DNA of 64,000 bases from Marsupella aquatica (GCA_973895155.1 OZ316892.1:4610510-4674509), one strand, 5' to 3'; counted from the first letter of the stretch, positions 1-13,803 are shown. The notes: generated by a model not told the origin, from the sequence alone. Numbers and translations are program-made.

Positions 1-1948
1 AGGCGTCACGCAATGGAATCTCATTGCCTTGTCCCTACAAAAGACAATCAAATCCATACAGCTAGTCAACGTGTTGGATTTCGGAAATGGCATCAAAACT
101 TAAATCACTTGGAAGCTTTTAAAAAAGCCTAGATAAATCGTGCACTAATCAGAATTATATATGCTCATACTTGAAGTATGTTTTGTCTGATGAATGCCAT
201 AAGAGATGGACTTATGGATTCGTCTGCTCTCTATGTAAGGCCCGGAAGTACTGTAGTGCTAGCGCAGACTAAAATTAAGCTGTAGTCCCAATAAGTGTGA
301 GGCTGCCTCGATCAATCAGCATGCAACCATAATAGATGCTCAGCGATCGACTAGCTATTGCAAGAGCTAATTCACTGCCGACCCTGACTACGGGTGCATA
401 GACTGGTGGGATCGAGAAGTGAAAGTGAGGGACGAGAGAGAGGGATAGCTTCTTATATTCTAACTTCAACCGATTGAGAGTAAAAGTACTGACGAATGAC
501 TGATGGGACAAGCAATGCAGAGAAGAGAAAGTGAAAGTGAAAGTGGAGGACGAGAGATAGACGGATAGCTTATTACTCTAAACTCCAATAGCTTCAGAGT
601 AAAACTGACGAATGACTCGAGGAATGAGTGAACAAGGAATGCATTTCATATATGTCGCTCGTCAATACAATTCTGCAACTAATTGAAGCAAATACTAATC
701 ACTGACAGGAAGGACATGTAGCTAATTTCTCAACACGGCGTTGCAACCAATTAATTGAAACACAAGACTGACTGATCGATGACCAATCGAATGCTAGCTG
801 TACGTACGTATTGTGATCGATGGATCAACATCTTGTGCTTGTTTCCCTTCCCTGAAGTAGTTAGAGCTAGGTGATTTACTTAGCAATAAGATATTAAAAT
901 AAATTTAAGAGTAATGCAGGGATGCTTGCAGCGAGACGCTGGAGATCTGGTTTCTTGCGCTCACGAGCAAGCCTCTATCTTGCCAGCTGTTCACCGGGTC
1001 ACTTTCAATCGACTACTCAAATGCTGCCCTAATTAACTAGCGGGGTATGGTTGCTAGTCATTTCCTTCCTGTCATTGGTTAGTATATGCTTCAACTACCT
1101 GGTCCGTGGAAGGATGTCAGGAACGTACCTATGTTTTAAGTCATTGATCAGTTCCGATCAGCCACTGTGGATCCCCCCCACCCCGAAAACAGAGCATATA
1201 ACGAGGGCCTCGGGGCCTTATTCGTCATTCTCTCTCTTTCTAGATCCCACTTCTCTCTCTTGGCGACAGCCCACTCACCTAGAGTATCACGTTGTTGCGC
1301 ATCAACTTCTACCTATCAAGAGGTCTACTGTAAACGGGCGATGTAGTTCGTGCTTACCTCCTAGCTAGAATTAACCGATATATGCAGGAGAGGTTGGAGA
1401 GGAGTGCACAAGCAAAAGTGTAAGTTCTGACAGGATTAATTGGCCGGCGGACGACCAGCACCAATTTGGTTCGCCTCCAATTAAAGTCTCTTCAATTCAG
1501 GTGCAGTATCTAAGTTTACATGGTGATAAATATCTTCAAGTCTTTTCTATGACCTCTACGTACGCCTTTGTTCTCTTTTGTTTTCTATTCTAAAACACTC
1601 GAACTGCTTTCATTAGTAAGAGGCTAGCAACCCGGTTTGTTATTAATTCCCTTATCTTTCATTCTGGCCAATGCAAAGCTTGGACAGTTTCCGGTAGCAA
1701 CGCCAGGAATTTTGTTGTTTTTATTGCAGTGGTGCACTTAGTAGTTTCCTTTACATATACATAAACGTTTCTACTTCCTCTACTTTAGCAACAAAAGTAT
1801 TCTCCATGTAGTTTGGCATGCATTGCAACTATCATTCCTGCTTTAATTAAGGGCAACTAAATGAGACTGATTTGCAGCTAGGTACGTATGACATTTGAAA
1901 TATGTCTAATATAATGACATTATATCAATCTCTCCAATCTGATTTAAT

Positions 1949-3113
1949 GTGGTCATATTTTTCCATAGGTTTGCCGATTCAAAGACATTCTTCAATTCAC
2001 TGAAGTTTCAACAAATGCCTTCTTTCTTCGAAGAGCTTCTTCCAGGGACCCCAGACGACGTTACTTTGACACAAATTGCCACAAAGTTGCGTTGGACAGA
2101 TTTTCATGAACTGCATTCAGTGAGTCCCGATTGGCAAGAAGCAATTCAAAGCCGAGAGGTCTACAATGAGAGGTTTCGGTCCCATTCACGGGAAGAGTTT
2201 CTAGCTGTTAAGCACAGCAATGAGGTCAAATGTAACGATGTGCTACACCACGACTGCACATACAGGAATGCAATTTCTCTCTATTCAGTGAGAGAGAAAC
2301 AATTCTATGAACTTCCTCCAATCCCACATCTTCCTGGCGATAACGAAAGGTTTTGCCAGTTAATTGCATCCAGTGGTAACTTATATGTTTGTTCTCAAAA
2401 ACAGAAAAGTCCACAGAGCACAGAAAAGAAAAGCAACCACACAAGACAGATGTTTGACCAGGACGAGGAAAAGGTGTATGTCTTAGATCTGACCGGGCAG
2501 GGGCTGTGGAAAGAGTGCACAAAACATTCCAGGACAAGAAGGGGTGGACACGCGTTGCGTAATCAATTGCCATTTCCGAGCAGAAGGTAAGCCACATCAT
2601 GAATTTTGGCGGCAAGGATACGTCGACTGGTGCCCAGATCGTTTCAACACTTTCTGGAGCGTAGTTGATTCATGGAGACTAGAAGAGACTTCTGAGATTC
2701 TATCTTTGGACGAAGTCCCAGAATTGTGCTTCACAGGTGACCCAAGGAGGGTGAATAGTGAGCCCAAAAAGTATCTCATGACAAGCCCTACAAGCGGATA
2801 TCCTAAGATTTATCTCCAAGATACCAATACCAAATTATGGGCACAGCAGCATTCGGTTTCATGTGACGAAGTTGCTCGTGAACTTGGAGAGGATCCCCAT
2901 AATCACCTCATAATTGACCCCACTTTTGCGGTCCCTGTAAATAACGAGGTTCTCATAATAGCTCGTTTGGTGAGAGGTCGGCAGTCTGGCTACGAGCTTC
3001 TTCAAAGTATAGGGCTTGGAACGGATAGCAAAGAAATAGCATGGGAGAGAATACCACACTCTTTTCCCATTGAGCCAAGCCTGTTTTTTGGCATTTGTCC
3101 CATTTGGCTTTGA
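1949..3113 (+). pseudogene. F-box/kelch-repeat-like protein gene, frameshifted near 2544-2590
   Basis: ELLPGTPDDVTL...LHSVSPDWQEAIQSREVYNER resembles the plant F-box/kelch N-terminus (LLPGLPDD...VSRSW). LPPIP...LIASSGNLYV and WKEC look kelch-like. The C-terminal half continues in another frame (ORF 2544-3113). There is a candidate acceptor ttccatag at ~1969. Confidence 0.65.
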
Positions 3114-4187
3114 GCAATAGCAGCGCGCAGGTCCGGCCAAGAGCCCAGTGATGTAAGAGAACAAGAGGGCGTTGCATAGTAAACTTTCCAGTGGTTTATA
3201 TATCAGCTGTAGAATTATTTGTCAGTGTTCCGAGTAGCTTTAATTAAGGTAGCCCAATTAGGATTGTAACAGTCCCAGCACAGTATACCAAATTAAATAT
3301 AGTTCATTGTAAGTATAAGCCCGGTGTGCCCAGCTACCCTTTTATCCGGAAATTCATTTCAGAAAGTGGAATGTACTGCCAGAGAAGTGTAATTCATTTG
3401 TCAGTTCCATTCACAACTATTTGTACGTACCAGTAGATATGTGGTACTGTACATGTAGAATTCATTGGTCAGATTCCATTCCTAACTCTTTCTACGAATA
3501 GATGTTGTATGGTGCAGAATCGGTCAATTGTCAGTTTCCATTCCCAGCTCTTTCTACGGCCAATAGATGTGGAATGGTGAACCTTCTCCTATTTAAGCAT
3601 CCAGACGATCTATCAGGGGCACTGTACATGCACTATCCTGAACATTTTGAAGGCTTATATAATTGTTATCCTGAAATTAAGTTGGCGGAAGCCTTCTTGT
3701 GAATTCAATTTGCTTCGATCCACATACGTTTCATCCATCGAGAGAGCTTTCACTTTTGGTGCATTTCTGCAATAGAGTAGCAAGGACGGGAGCAAGGACT
3801 GCCTGATATATCTGACCGATCGAAGGTGGGGACGTGGGGATCGATATCAAGAAGGGAAGAGGATCTCATAAGGATATATATCGGAGGCCTGGAGCTGGTG
3901 CAACCAGATAGAAGTGGGGTGCAGAGAATACGTAGGTACCCGCGTAGATATTTGCAGACACGAGGCAAGAACCAAGGAAGGAACAGGAGATCGAAGGAAC
4001 CTGCAGTTCCTTAAACTATCTAAGGAGGTGAGATCCGCGGGGGGCAACAGGACGAGAGATTGGAGCTCAACTTTAGAGCATCGAAAACCACTAAAGGAGG
4101 AGAAACTCCCAAGAGATATATAGACAGCAGAGCCTCGATCTGTTTGATATTTGTGACATAGTTGCAGGTGAAAGGAAGGCTCTCGAA

Positions 4188-5590
4188 ATGGACGACTCAG
4201 ACTGGTCTGAGGAGGAGATAAATCAATGTTTGGGCCAATTTTCGGGACTCGACGTGTTACCAGAATTCGACGAATCACTACAAACTCATGAGAACATTGA
4301 GATTTCCAGTATGCACCGTACCATTTCCAGTCTGGAGGGCCAGATCGGGATATATACCGTACGTACAGGCCATATGGAAGAATCAAAGATGGTATGTGAA
4401 TGTAGGCCCTCAAGCTTCAAGTTTTCCAATGGATCATTCCGGATCAGAGCTAAGAGATGGTTGCGGGCAACGACGTCCTAACAATCCAGCACACCACGAT
4501 CAGAGATGAGGCAAGCTCTCTCCAGCTCACCGGTGGCTGGACCTGATCAAGGAGAAGCCCCAGAGTCATCCGCTGCAGCCGTATCCAACTTTGAAGGCAT
4601 GACGGAACGTCAAGCAGTCATCACTGAAGAAATGATTATGGAAGCCAGGCCATTAATTAGCTTCCAAACTGGTGGGAAAGGTCTTCTATGAAAAAATGGA
4701 GACGGCGCGCAGGATCGCCAATTCTTCCAGTCTTGAACCCTTCAGAAATTACAGGATTATAATGTTCCAGTCACAATGGAAATATTCACAAAGGAGGCTT
4801 GCAAATGGGTTTACAGATACATGAAAGGCCAGAAGGAGAGAAGAGTTGCAGCACATCAAGGATATACATAAAAACTGGCGGCTTCAGAACCCTGGCAGCT
4901 TTACCCCTCCTACAAAGAATATGGAGGCATAGGACTAGACAACAGAATGGAGGAGCGCGCCAGGTCTCAAGCCTTTTTGAAAATGAAAGGAAGAGGAATC
5001 TGAAGGAGAATCCTGAGCTCAAAGGAAAACTGAAATGGCACTTTCAAGTGCACATCACTAAGGCTCGATCTTACAGATTGGCAAGCTCAGAATCCAGGGT
5101 GTTCACACCCAAATAAAGACCATGCGCACCGATATTGCCATGATCATAGAGGGCCAGGAGGGGCCTCAGCACCTGATCAGTGGCAGTGTGATCATTGTGG
5201 AGCTCCTAGACACACCAAGGATAAATGTTTCCCACTCCATCCTGAGTTACGGAGAGAAGGACAACACACACATGATCAGGGAAGAGGAGGTAGAGGTGGT
5301 GGACGTGGCCGTGACATGCCACATCATGAAAGGAGACGGGGAGGTGATGCTGCCCTTGCCATAACCATAGATCCAAAGGATGCTAAGATTGCTCAATTGG
5401 AGCAACAACTAACTGCCATGGCTAGTTCCGAGGTGAGACCTTACTACTTCTCGTGATGGGGCATCTACATCCTATGGACCTTCCACATCCCATGGTCCTT
5501 CCACAGCTTATGGAGTTGATGGAGACCTTGCCACCATGGGATTCATGTGTGGCACTGCACACATTGATGTTGTTGCTCATAAGAACCACA
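4188..5590 (+). pseudogene. Degraded LTR-retrotransposon gag-like region with CCHC zinc knuckle
   Basis: A frame not in the ORF track reads WQCDHCGAPRHTKDKCFPLHPELR (CX2CX4HX4C) at ~5180-5250, followed by a GR-rich stretch and KIAQLEQQL. Upstream coding is broken by frameshifts. Confidence 0.6.
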
Positions 5591-5599
5591 TGTAGTTAA

Positions 5600-6460
5600 G
5601 TGTGTGGGGAAGGAATAGCTTTGGGATGAGTGACCTTTCACTTGTAGTTATGCACCAAATGGGCTACTCCAAATTCAGCACCTTGCAAACTACTCCTAAC
5701 GTACCAGCAAGCTGGCTTGCTAGCCCGCCCGCTCCTGCCCTGCCCTCACGTCCCTCGTCCCGAGTAACCATGAGTTGCCTCAAAGCCTCATACAATCTTA
5801 ACTTGGATCCACATACCAGCAATCCACTCAAGCAATACGATGCGCGATCCGAGATACCACAAACCGTCGCCAAACACAATCAAACTGAAAATTGAAGCTC
5901 CAAATGTCCAACAGTCAGTACGGCAACAAAGTTTGATCAATCTTTCAATGTAATCTCAATAGAATCCGAACCACGATCGACGCCAAAACGCACTCAATCC
6001 CGTCTGATCCGGTCACACACATATGTCGAGCCAACGCACCTTGCACTCAAGGAATCCACGCTACATAGAGAGAGCTCTCAGCTACCATAGCCACCACACA
6101 AGCTCCCCTCTCCAAGGCTCAACATTGAAAGATAACCTTTCAATGCCTCACAAGAGAGAACTACCCTCTCACACAAACCTAATGAAACCTTATCGGCTCA
6201 TATAATACACATACTAAACATACAGATCTAGATAGTACGGGCAATGATTGCCCCTCCAAGCCTCCAAATTCTTTTGCAAAAATACGCCCCTTGTCGAAGG
6301 GTCATGCGCTAGCCCTAGATCTCCTACATACTCCCACTAAAAACTGCATAGGGCTACGAGCTCTCCTGGCTGATCCCCTTAACCCCAATTTAAGGAAAAC
6401 CAAACTTTGGAAATTCTGAAAATCACTAAATATTATTATTTTAATAAAAAGGGGGCGACA
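5600..6460 (-). mobile_element. Possible solo LTR
   Basis: Begins tgtg at ~5600 and ends gggggcgaca at 6460 (TG...CA). It is non-coding and truncates the gag relic. No matching TSD is seen. Confidence 0.35.
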
Positions 6461-6648
6461 TGATGCGTGGCTGCGCGTGAAACCCTAAAAATGACTGCAA
6501 CGTCACATTTTAACCAATCCAACTTGACGGGACCAAGAGACATGCTCACGCGAATAATAATAATAGAGAAATAAATCTTTGAGATCCTTTATATTTGATA
6601 ACCAGTATATAAGGAGTTTACAAATGGTTTCTAGAACGACAATACAAA

Positions 6649-7378
6649 TTAATCTGATCTCATGCCGACTATTATTTTGGAAGCGTCCAAAATTGGGCGT
6701 CTGTTAAATTGCTCTACTAGATATCTATCTCCATGCCTCTGAATCACAGGGTCTTCCCATAGAGTATGATTATAATCATAATCTCTAAAAATAGATTTAA
6801 CTGACCAATCTGGATAATCTCTTCCATTGGCAATGACAAGCGGCTCACAAGAGTTTGCTAGCTTGCTAAGATACGGAATCAGCAAGTTAATCAGGAAACT
6901 GTCGTCGACCGACCCAAAATATTTGGGCGGAAATAATGATCCAACAACAGGATCTAAACAAGCATGAAATGCATCGGATTCGATAAGCATTATATTTTGC
7001 TGCAGATACGCCTTCATATAAATTTCAACCTTCTCAAAACACTTCAAAAATATCCGCTTATTTGATGTCACCCCATCGCATAAGTAACAATGAGACTGAT
7101 CCCAAATATACTTAAATGAGGCCATTTCCATCGTAGTAAAATAGATGCTAAAATCTGATCTAAAAGGTTCTTCCCAAGAGAGGACCAGATCCCTACATCG
7201 AAATTCTCAAAACAGAATCTCAAGAATTCGTGAAGATGAGGCCTTGGAAAAATGTATATATTCCCAATCCGAATTCCAGTTGAGACCGCCATCAGTCGGG
7301 AATGCGGTGCAATGTAACAGAGTAGATGCTCCACGTCTAAAACTACGAGCCCGTTTTCTCTGCTGCAATGAATCTCCT
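6649..7378 (-). pseudogene. NIF/FCP1-like HAD phosphatase domain, copy 3 (frameshifted)
   Basis: LVVLDVEHLL...PRPHLHEFLRFCFENFDVGIWSS, then a frameshift into FKYIWDQSHC...NIMLIE. Acceptor ctctacag at ~7379. Confidence 0.75.
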
Positions 7379-7462
7379 GTAGAGAAACACAAGAAGATGC
7401 ATGAGCCCGTATGGATGTAGTCACGCGAATGGTCGCGTCACATATTACAGAGAAAACATCCT

Positions 7463-8170
7463 CTACACTCTGGCCATTGATAAGTGACGTCTGTTGAAGT
7501 GCTTGATAAGAACTTGATCCGCATGTCTTTGCACGTACAGATGCTCCCATATATCCTCGTTCAGATCCCAATCTCGATGTATATTTCTAATCGACCAGAT
7601 GGGATAATCGAACTTGTTAGCGAACGCAAGACAAAGCCCTAAATTTGATAGCTTTCGTAAATATGGAATGAGGTCATCCCTCAAAAAGACATCATCCAAC
7701 GATCCTTGAAACGACTTAGCGAACAATAATCCGCATACAGCTGTCTAGCATGTATGGGAAGGACAGGCATCAATCTGGATTATATTCTCTGGTCGATAAT
7801 CTTGAAACATATCACGTAGTCTCTCGATAGATTTGAAGACAATAGTCTTATAATTTTTCTTCACATAACCAAGATTCCAGCAATGATCCCGCGTGAACAC
7901 ATATATCAGCTGCGACAGGTCGGTGCTCGACAACACTTCTGAAAGTATTTGATAAACCAGTTTATCGTCAAGAATAGACCAGACCATCACATCAAAATGA
8001 TCATAACAGAATTTTATAAGATCATGAAGATGCGGCCTCGGAACGACACATAGAGATCCGATACGAATTCCAGGTGCCGACTTGAGCTGAGGAGTATATT
8101 TTGAAACAGAGCATAGGAAGTTTTCCAGTCCTAAAACTAGAAGTTGACGCGACCTGCTCCACTTAGACAC
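7463..8170 (-). pseudogene. NIF/FCP1-like HAD phosphatase domain, copy 2 (one in-frame stop at 7745-7747)
   Basis: LLVLGLENFL...PRPHLHDLIKFCYDHFDVMVWS...ENIIQIDACP. ORF 7463-7726 continues in the same frame. Acceptor tttacag at 8171. Confidence 0.75.
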
Positions 8171-8295
8171 CTGTAAATGAACAATTCGATTCTCATATTA
8201 TGCAATTGCAAACAACCACGTGACCGGGCGCGTCACTCCCAAAAGTTCAATTTCAATCAATTTATAAATAATAATTGATAATAAACAATAAACGT

Positions 8296-9066
8296 TTACT
8301 TATTGGACTTATCCCGGGCTTCTATAGCACGGTCTTTTTCGGCAAATAAGTATTTCATAAATTCGTCAAACTTTTCTAAATGGTCTTTATTCCCCTGATT
8401 ACGAATGATCACGTTTCTCCTCCAAAGATTCGTCTTATCAATATAATCTTTCTCAAGATTTTCTTGAGAGAACGTTGGAATCCCATATCCACTAAGGAGC
8501 TCGCGGAATGTCAACTTGTCAATTGACATGTCGCATAGATATGGATATAGTTTCTTTCTAAAAAATAGGTCATCATCGAGCCCAGAATATGCATCGGGAT
8601 ACAGCGATGAATAGAAGTCATTAAGGCTCGTCTTATATGCAGCGTCATCGATAAGAATGACATTCTCGATGTTGTAATCTTTAATATCAGCGGCAATGTC
8701 CGAGAGATATTTGACAAATAAAGGGATGTCATTATTATTCTTCCCAATAAGTCGAGTTGATTCTTGTCCCCATATAAATTTAATACGTTTCAAAACTTCG
8801 GGTCGAAATATCAGCCTTACACAAGATAGAATATTCTGTTTGAGCATGCACGACCAGATCGCAATGTCGTATAGATCTGCCACCTTCTCAAGAAATTCCA
8901 TTAAATCAGGCCTTGGATAGATAACCTTGTGCATCTGTCTCACACCCCTTGACCGAATGGGCATCCCAGGGCTGATCTTCTCTGACCAGATAAGTACCCG
9001 ATTCAGATCAAAAATTACAAGTCTCTTCTGAACCGGTGACTTCTTTGCCGATGGATTAGGCGCCAT
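8296..9066 (-). CDS. NIF/FCP1-like HAD phosphatase domain, copy 1
   Basis: KRLVIFDLNRVL...RPDLMEFL...YDIAIWS...FIWGQE...KYLS...ENVILIDDAAYK matches the NIF family motif order. Confidence 0.85.
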   Translation of the reverse strand: MAPNPSAKKSPVQKRLVIFDLNRVLIWSEKISPGMPIRSRGVRQMHKVIYPRPDLMEFLEKVADLYDIAIWSCMLKQNILSCVRLIFRPEVLKRIKFIWGQESTRLIGKNNNDIPLFVKYLSDIAADIKDYNIENVILIDDAAYKTSLNDFYSSLYPDAYSGLDDDLFFRKKLYPYLCDMSIDKLTFRELLSGYGIPTFSQENLEKDYIDKTNLWRRNVIIRNQGNKDHLEKFDEFMKYLFAEKDRAIEARDKSNK

Positions 9067-9230
9067 CTGTACCTGTGATTTTTGTGCCGCAGGGTTTGGA
9101 GAACGTACTAGAACGGTCTATTTGTTTCCCGCCTCCGGACGATCACCGGACTTCCGGACTGGTGCCTTCGATACTCGATCAGGGGGTTTCGGGATAGGCT
9201 TCTGTAAAACATTAAGAAATGAAAATAAGT

Positions 9231-9785
9231 TCATAATGCGAACGGTCCCGTGACTACAAAGAGAGACACTGAAATGAAGTGTATTACCTGTACAAGACAG
9301 TCGTTCAGTGCTGGAATTCCGCCGGAAATGTCAATCATAGCAGCACGGATCCCGGTAACTAGGTTACTTGCGGACGTCGGCTTGCGGAAGTCCACGTCAA
9401 ATAATGACAAGACTATCTCCCTACGGAATTTCTCAATTTGATTCGCGGCAAAATTAATTCCGTTTCCTTGACACAAGCACTTGGCGTATCTCAAGATAAA
9501 CACACCACAACTGTGGCCGTCACTCTGGTGAGGAATATCATTCCGATATATCCGTTCCCAACCTGAGAGATCCAAGTTGACACCAGTTCTCCAGCCAATT
9601 TCATCGGCGTAGTACTTCCCAACAATATCTAGCACCCCAGGATTTTGTCGATTATGAACTAGAGAATCTAGGTACTCCAGCCGTTTCTCCTTCGGATACA
9701 AGACTACCAATGACCAATGTTCTTTCACAGCATTGTGTACTGGAAAGACCAGTTTCTCGTGTGAGTATTGGGTAATACCGAAAAC
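9231..9785 (-). CDS. Ulp1/SENP (peptidase C48) catalytic exon
   Basis: LVFPVHNAVKEHWSLVV...YLDSL...PHQSDGHSCGVFIL has the His-Asp-Cys triad and the oxyanion Gln. Acceptor tttcag at ~9786, donor gtaata at ~9288. Confidence 0.9.
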   Translation of the reverse strand, partial: VFGITQYSHEKLVFPVHNAVKEHWSLVVLYPKEKRLEYLDSLVHNRQNPGVLDIVGKYYADEIGWRTGVNLDLSGWERIYRNDIPHQSDGHSCGVFILRYAKCLCQGNGINFAANQIEKFRREIVLSLFDVDFRKPTSASNLVTGIRAAMIDISGGIPALNDCLVQVIHFISVSLFVVTGPFAL

Positions 9786-9978
9786 CTGAAATTACTGAAA
9801 AATTTAAACTTTTTACAGTATTTAAGCCTGCTATTGCTGTTAAAATGCCAAGTGTAAACTACGGGTATACTTTATAACGGGATTACGCATTTACGCGTAA
9901 GAACATTACAGGTTTACGGGTTTACGGGTTTATGGGTTTACGCTGTTACGAGTTTACGCCAATACGGGATTACGGCTT

Positions 9979-12612
9979 ATGCCTTACGCATTTAAGGAAA
10001 GTTCACGTTACGGCGCTACGGCTAACTTTGCAACGGGACTTAGAAACAGATTGGGGACTTCATACCTTGATAGGAATCAAGCACAGAGTTCAGGCGCTCA
10101 CTCCTGTATTTTCACCACCCCTATTCACTTGCTCTTTCTCTTCGAAAGCAACCTTCGCAGCACGCAAATCACCGTTGCAGCTATGGCGAACCTGGGTGCT
10201 GAGGAACAGTATCAAATTGAAGCTCTAGCAGTCTCAAAAGTAGTGGCAGCTCGTATACCACGAGCGCCTGATAGTCTTTCTAATTTACAAGACTCTTTAC
10301 AGCACTTAGGATTGGAGCGCTTGCTCAGGATCCCCTGGAATGTCGAGCTCGACTCCTACTTGCAGGATTTTGTGAAGGGGACTATCATCCCGATTGAATT
10401 CAGGCAAACGATTCGAGCTCACCCCAGCCTGTGGACTGTTGAGAAAATTGCTTACACCTTTGGATGCCCTTCAGAAGGAGAGGCGTTATATTCCAAGAAG
10501 CAGGACTTATCTGCTCCATACTTCTCAGGAACTCGAAATGCCAAGAATGGTTGGAACTTGTCCCAGTGTACTTATCCTGAATTGAGAGTGCTCATGGAAT
10601 TTCTGGTACCCATTCTTCATCCGAAAAAGCCAACTCTCTGTCCTGTGGCCTTGGCTAACACCATTGTAGCTGCTCATAGTGGAGCTATAAAAGTAAATTG
10701 GGCCCTACTTTTGTTTAATGTAATGAAGGATCAAGTAAGGAGCTTGGAAGCAGGGAGGACCACTTGTTTACAGAATTATCTCTCTCAACTCTATTATACT
10801 CATGACTGTTTATATCTGGAGGAAGAGACAGAGAGGGGGTTACTCCTGATTGACTTGGGTATTGAAGAAGAAATTCATATGGAGGACATTGTACATGTCA
10901 CCCCATTGAATTTGAATGATCAGAACGTTGAGGAGAATGCTGATGTTCCTATGGAGGATACTTCATTAGAAATCCCTACACATTCTCCTATGCATAGCAG
11001 GGAAGTTGTTTGCCAATCAATAAGTAATGAGAATTTCCCTAGCCGAACTATGGATGCAGATGCACTAGAAGCTGAAGAAGTAAGGAGCATTCATCAACAA
11101 GACGATGTTGCTACACCAACTGATGCTACTCCTCATGAGACCGCCAGGTCCACTCCTTCGAAGGCAGAGTCGAATCAGCAGCTTATTGATAAGTTGATAT
11201 CTCTCCTCAGTTGCAGTGATGATGGACTATATGATGCTGTTAATAATTTGAGAATGGAGGCTGTTAGTTTGGGATCACCATTTCATGATCAGCTAAGCCC
11301 TGTCAGAATAACCTCTCCCCCAAGAGAACCAGCACCAATGGAGTTTGTGATCTGTACTCCTGTCACTGTACAGCCCCCTCCCCTAGAAACAAGTGAGCCT
11401 ATTCCAGTAACAGATAGTATCAACTGTGTGGCCACTGTGGATGACTTGTTAGAACTACTACAGTGTGAACCTCGACAGATAGCATCTGTGGTCCGCAACT
11501 TGATCCAACAATGTCCAACTGCTAGTCCCACTCCTAGCCTAGGTTTGCAACCCTACAACCCTGATTCCAACTACGAACCCACAGAAAGACCCACCTACAA
11601 TCGGACACAATATGAACACCCTTACGTCAGAGAGGATATACCTGAAGACTCCGATCCACCCTCAGATGGTGAAACTTATAGATCTTATGATAATTCTCTT
11701 GAGTCATCCCCAAGGCAGGGATTTGAAGATGTTGATACTGCCTTAAGATCCCATCCAAACTTAGTAGCAGTTGTCACCTCATCTACTCAAACACCTCGGA
11801 ATGCCACCATCGAGAGTAGATACCCGAGACATCCAGAGTCCCAAGTGCACAGGTATGTGGAGACCTGTAAGATTATGCAGGCCAACAGACCACCGGTTGG
11901 AGAATTTTGGAAATACTACTATCTCAAGAAGACAGAGGCCAGTTATATCTTCGACCTTAGGTGTTTTGGAACTTCCAGAGTGGAGATGGCACAATTCGAC
12001 GAGTTCTGGACTGACTCTCTCTACTTCCGACCCATTCTTGCTGTAATGCTACTTCAGGGTGATGTAGAAGTGGAGGATCCAGATTTAGCCCTAGCATATT
12101 TTGGAAATTTAGCAGCTTATGCCCTAGATTTTGTGATTTCTTTTCTCATGTAGAGTAAGAAATCTACTTCTCCCCAGAACGCTTACCTTCCTCGAGAGCC
12201 CAAGGTTACCCTTGTTTCAACCAGTTCATTAGCTGAGAAACAGAGAATTTGGAACAATGTCACCTCTCAAACTCTAGCCAACTTCAACCGGTATTTCAGA
12301 GATGTCAAATGGAGGCTTCACCCTTTCTATTCCAGGATGCTGAACTCTGATGAATTTCTATACCATTATCCCCAAGTATATGCTGCTACTTGCAATAATT
12401 ATGACGTGATTGGGATATATAGAGAAGCTCTTCGAATAGACATATGTTATCTAAGGAGAAGAATGCCCCTGATGTATCCTGAAAGGCAATTGAGATGCCT
12501 ACCCTACTCTCGAGGATCCTCACGCCAGGCTGAGCTGATGGAAGTTACTCAAGCTCGGACTGTTACCCTCGTGGAGCTACTCGAACCACACGACATCCGA
12601 CAACAAGCTTGA
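9979..12612 (+). pseudogene. Intronless ~877-codon ORF with one in-frame TAG (12151-12153), nested antisense in the Ulp1 intron; resembles retroelement-associated accessory proteins
   Basis: The 724-aa ORF is in frame with ORF 12337-12612. The N-terminal globular region reads LGLERLLRIPW...NGWNLSQC...EFLVPILHPKKPT...NTIVAA...VNWA. I recall this pattern from bryophyte repeat-associated hypothetical proteins but have not verified it. Confidence 0.55.
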
Positions 12613-13803
12613 GGCAGAATCTAAGTCTTTTTAGTTAAGTTTTAAGAATAGTGCATCTTTCCCTATTTTTCAAAATATGTTCTAGAGCTTTAAAAGCTAT
12701 GAAACTCCTTTAGTACATAATCTATACGTAGAGAAACTCACTGGCAAAATTTCAGAATTTTCCGAGCCAGGAGTAGAAAGTTAAAAATAGTTGAATTCGG
12801 TAAGTCTTTAAGTCTACCGCATTCACCAGATTACGCCTTTACGTTTTTACGCTTTTACGCGATTACGTCTTTACGCTTTTACGCTTTTACGGGTTCTTAC
12901 TTAGCCATTTCTCGGCTTTTCACTTACTGAATCACTGTTTTGACTTTTTGAGGAGTATGAAGAGGCATGTCTCTTCGACTCTATGACCTCTTACCTTGTA
13001 GGATTTTACTATAAGACCCCTCCACCACTAGTCTAGTTTATGGTTAAGTTATGCATTTTTGCCTTTTCCTTGTGTTAAACTAGTTGATCATGAATCTATG
13101 AAGTTCGAGATCAGGTTTAACATTTGGAGAGACTTACCTCCTTCTTGTGTTTTTACCTATGATTATAAACACAGGAAGTAAAATTCCTTTTGTGCAAATC
13201 TTTTGAGTTGTAATGATAGATTCCTTATTGGTGACTCATTACAAGCTCTTGAGTTCTTGAAGTTAACTCATTGAGTTTAAGTCTCATTGAAATTGATGGA
13301 TTTTCTTTCATGTTGCTTAGTACCATCTAAATGTTGAAGTAGCTACCTTTTAGATCTTATCTGAGTACCACTTAGAAAGAAAGGATAAGACATGTTGACG
13401 GCATTTTAAAAGGTACTCTAGTAAACAGTTTAGATCTGAAAAGCAATATGGATTTGAATCCTTAAGTCTTTTCATTTTGACTTATGTCTAAGGAGTAACC
13501 TTGGTCTATTCCAAACTCCCTTAGTGTACTTTGAGATTATTTTCTCTTGTGTTTTGTTAATCATTCCTTTTTCATTAATTTATGGTTACCTGATGCTGAG
13601 TTATCATTGAAAACTACTCACCGCTGTGGAGCGATCTTCAAAATACCTTATTAAAGTAATCAATTCTGATTACTATGTGTTAAAGAGAGTTCTTAAACTC
13701 TCATTTGTGTTTTTATGTATCAAACCAACCCCATCTTGTTCTTTGCGGGAACGAATACCGAGTTTGAAGACCTATAAATGTGTTTTTGGTTCTTCATAGC
13801 AAA

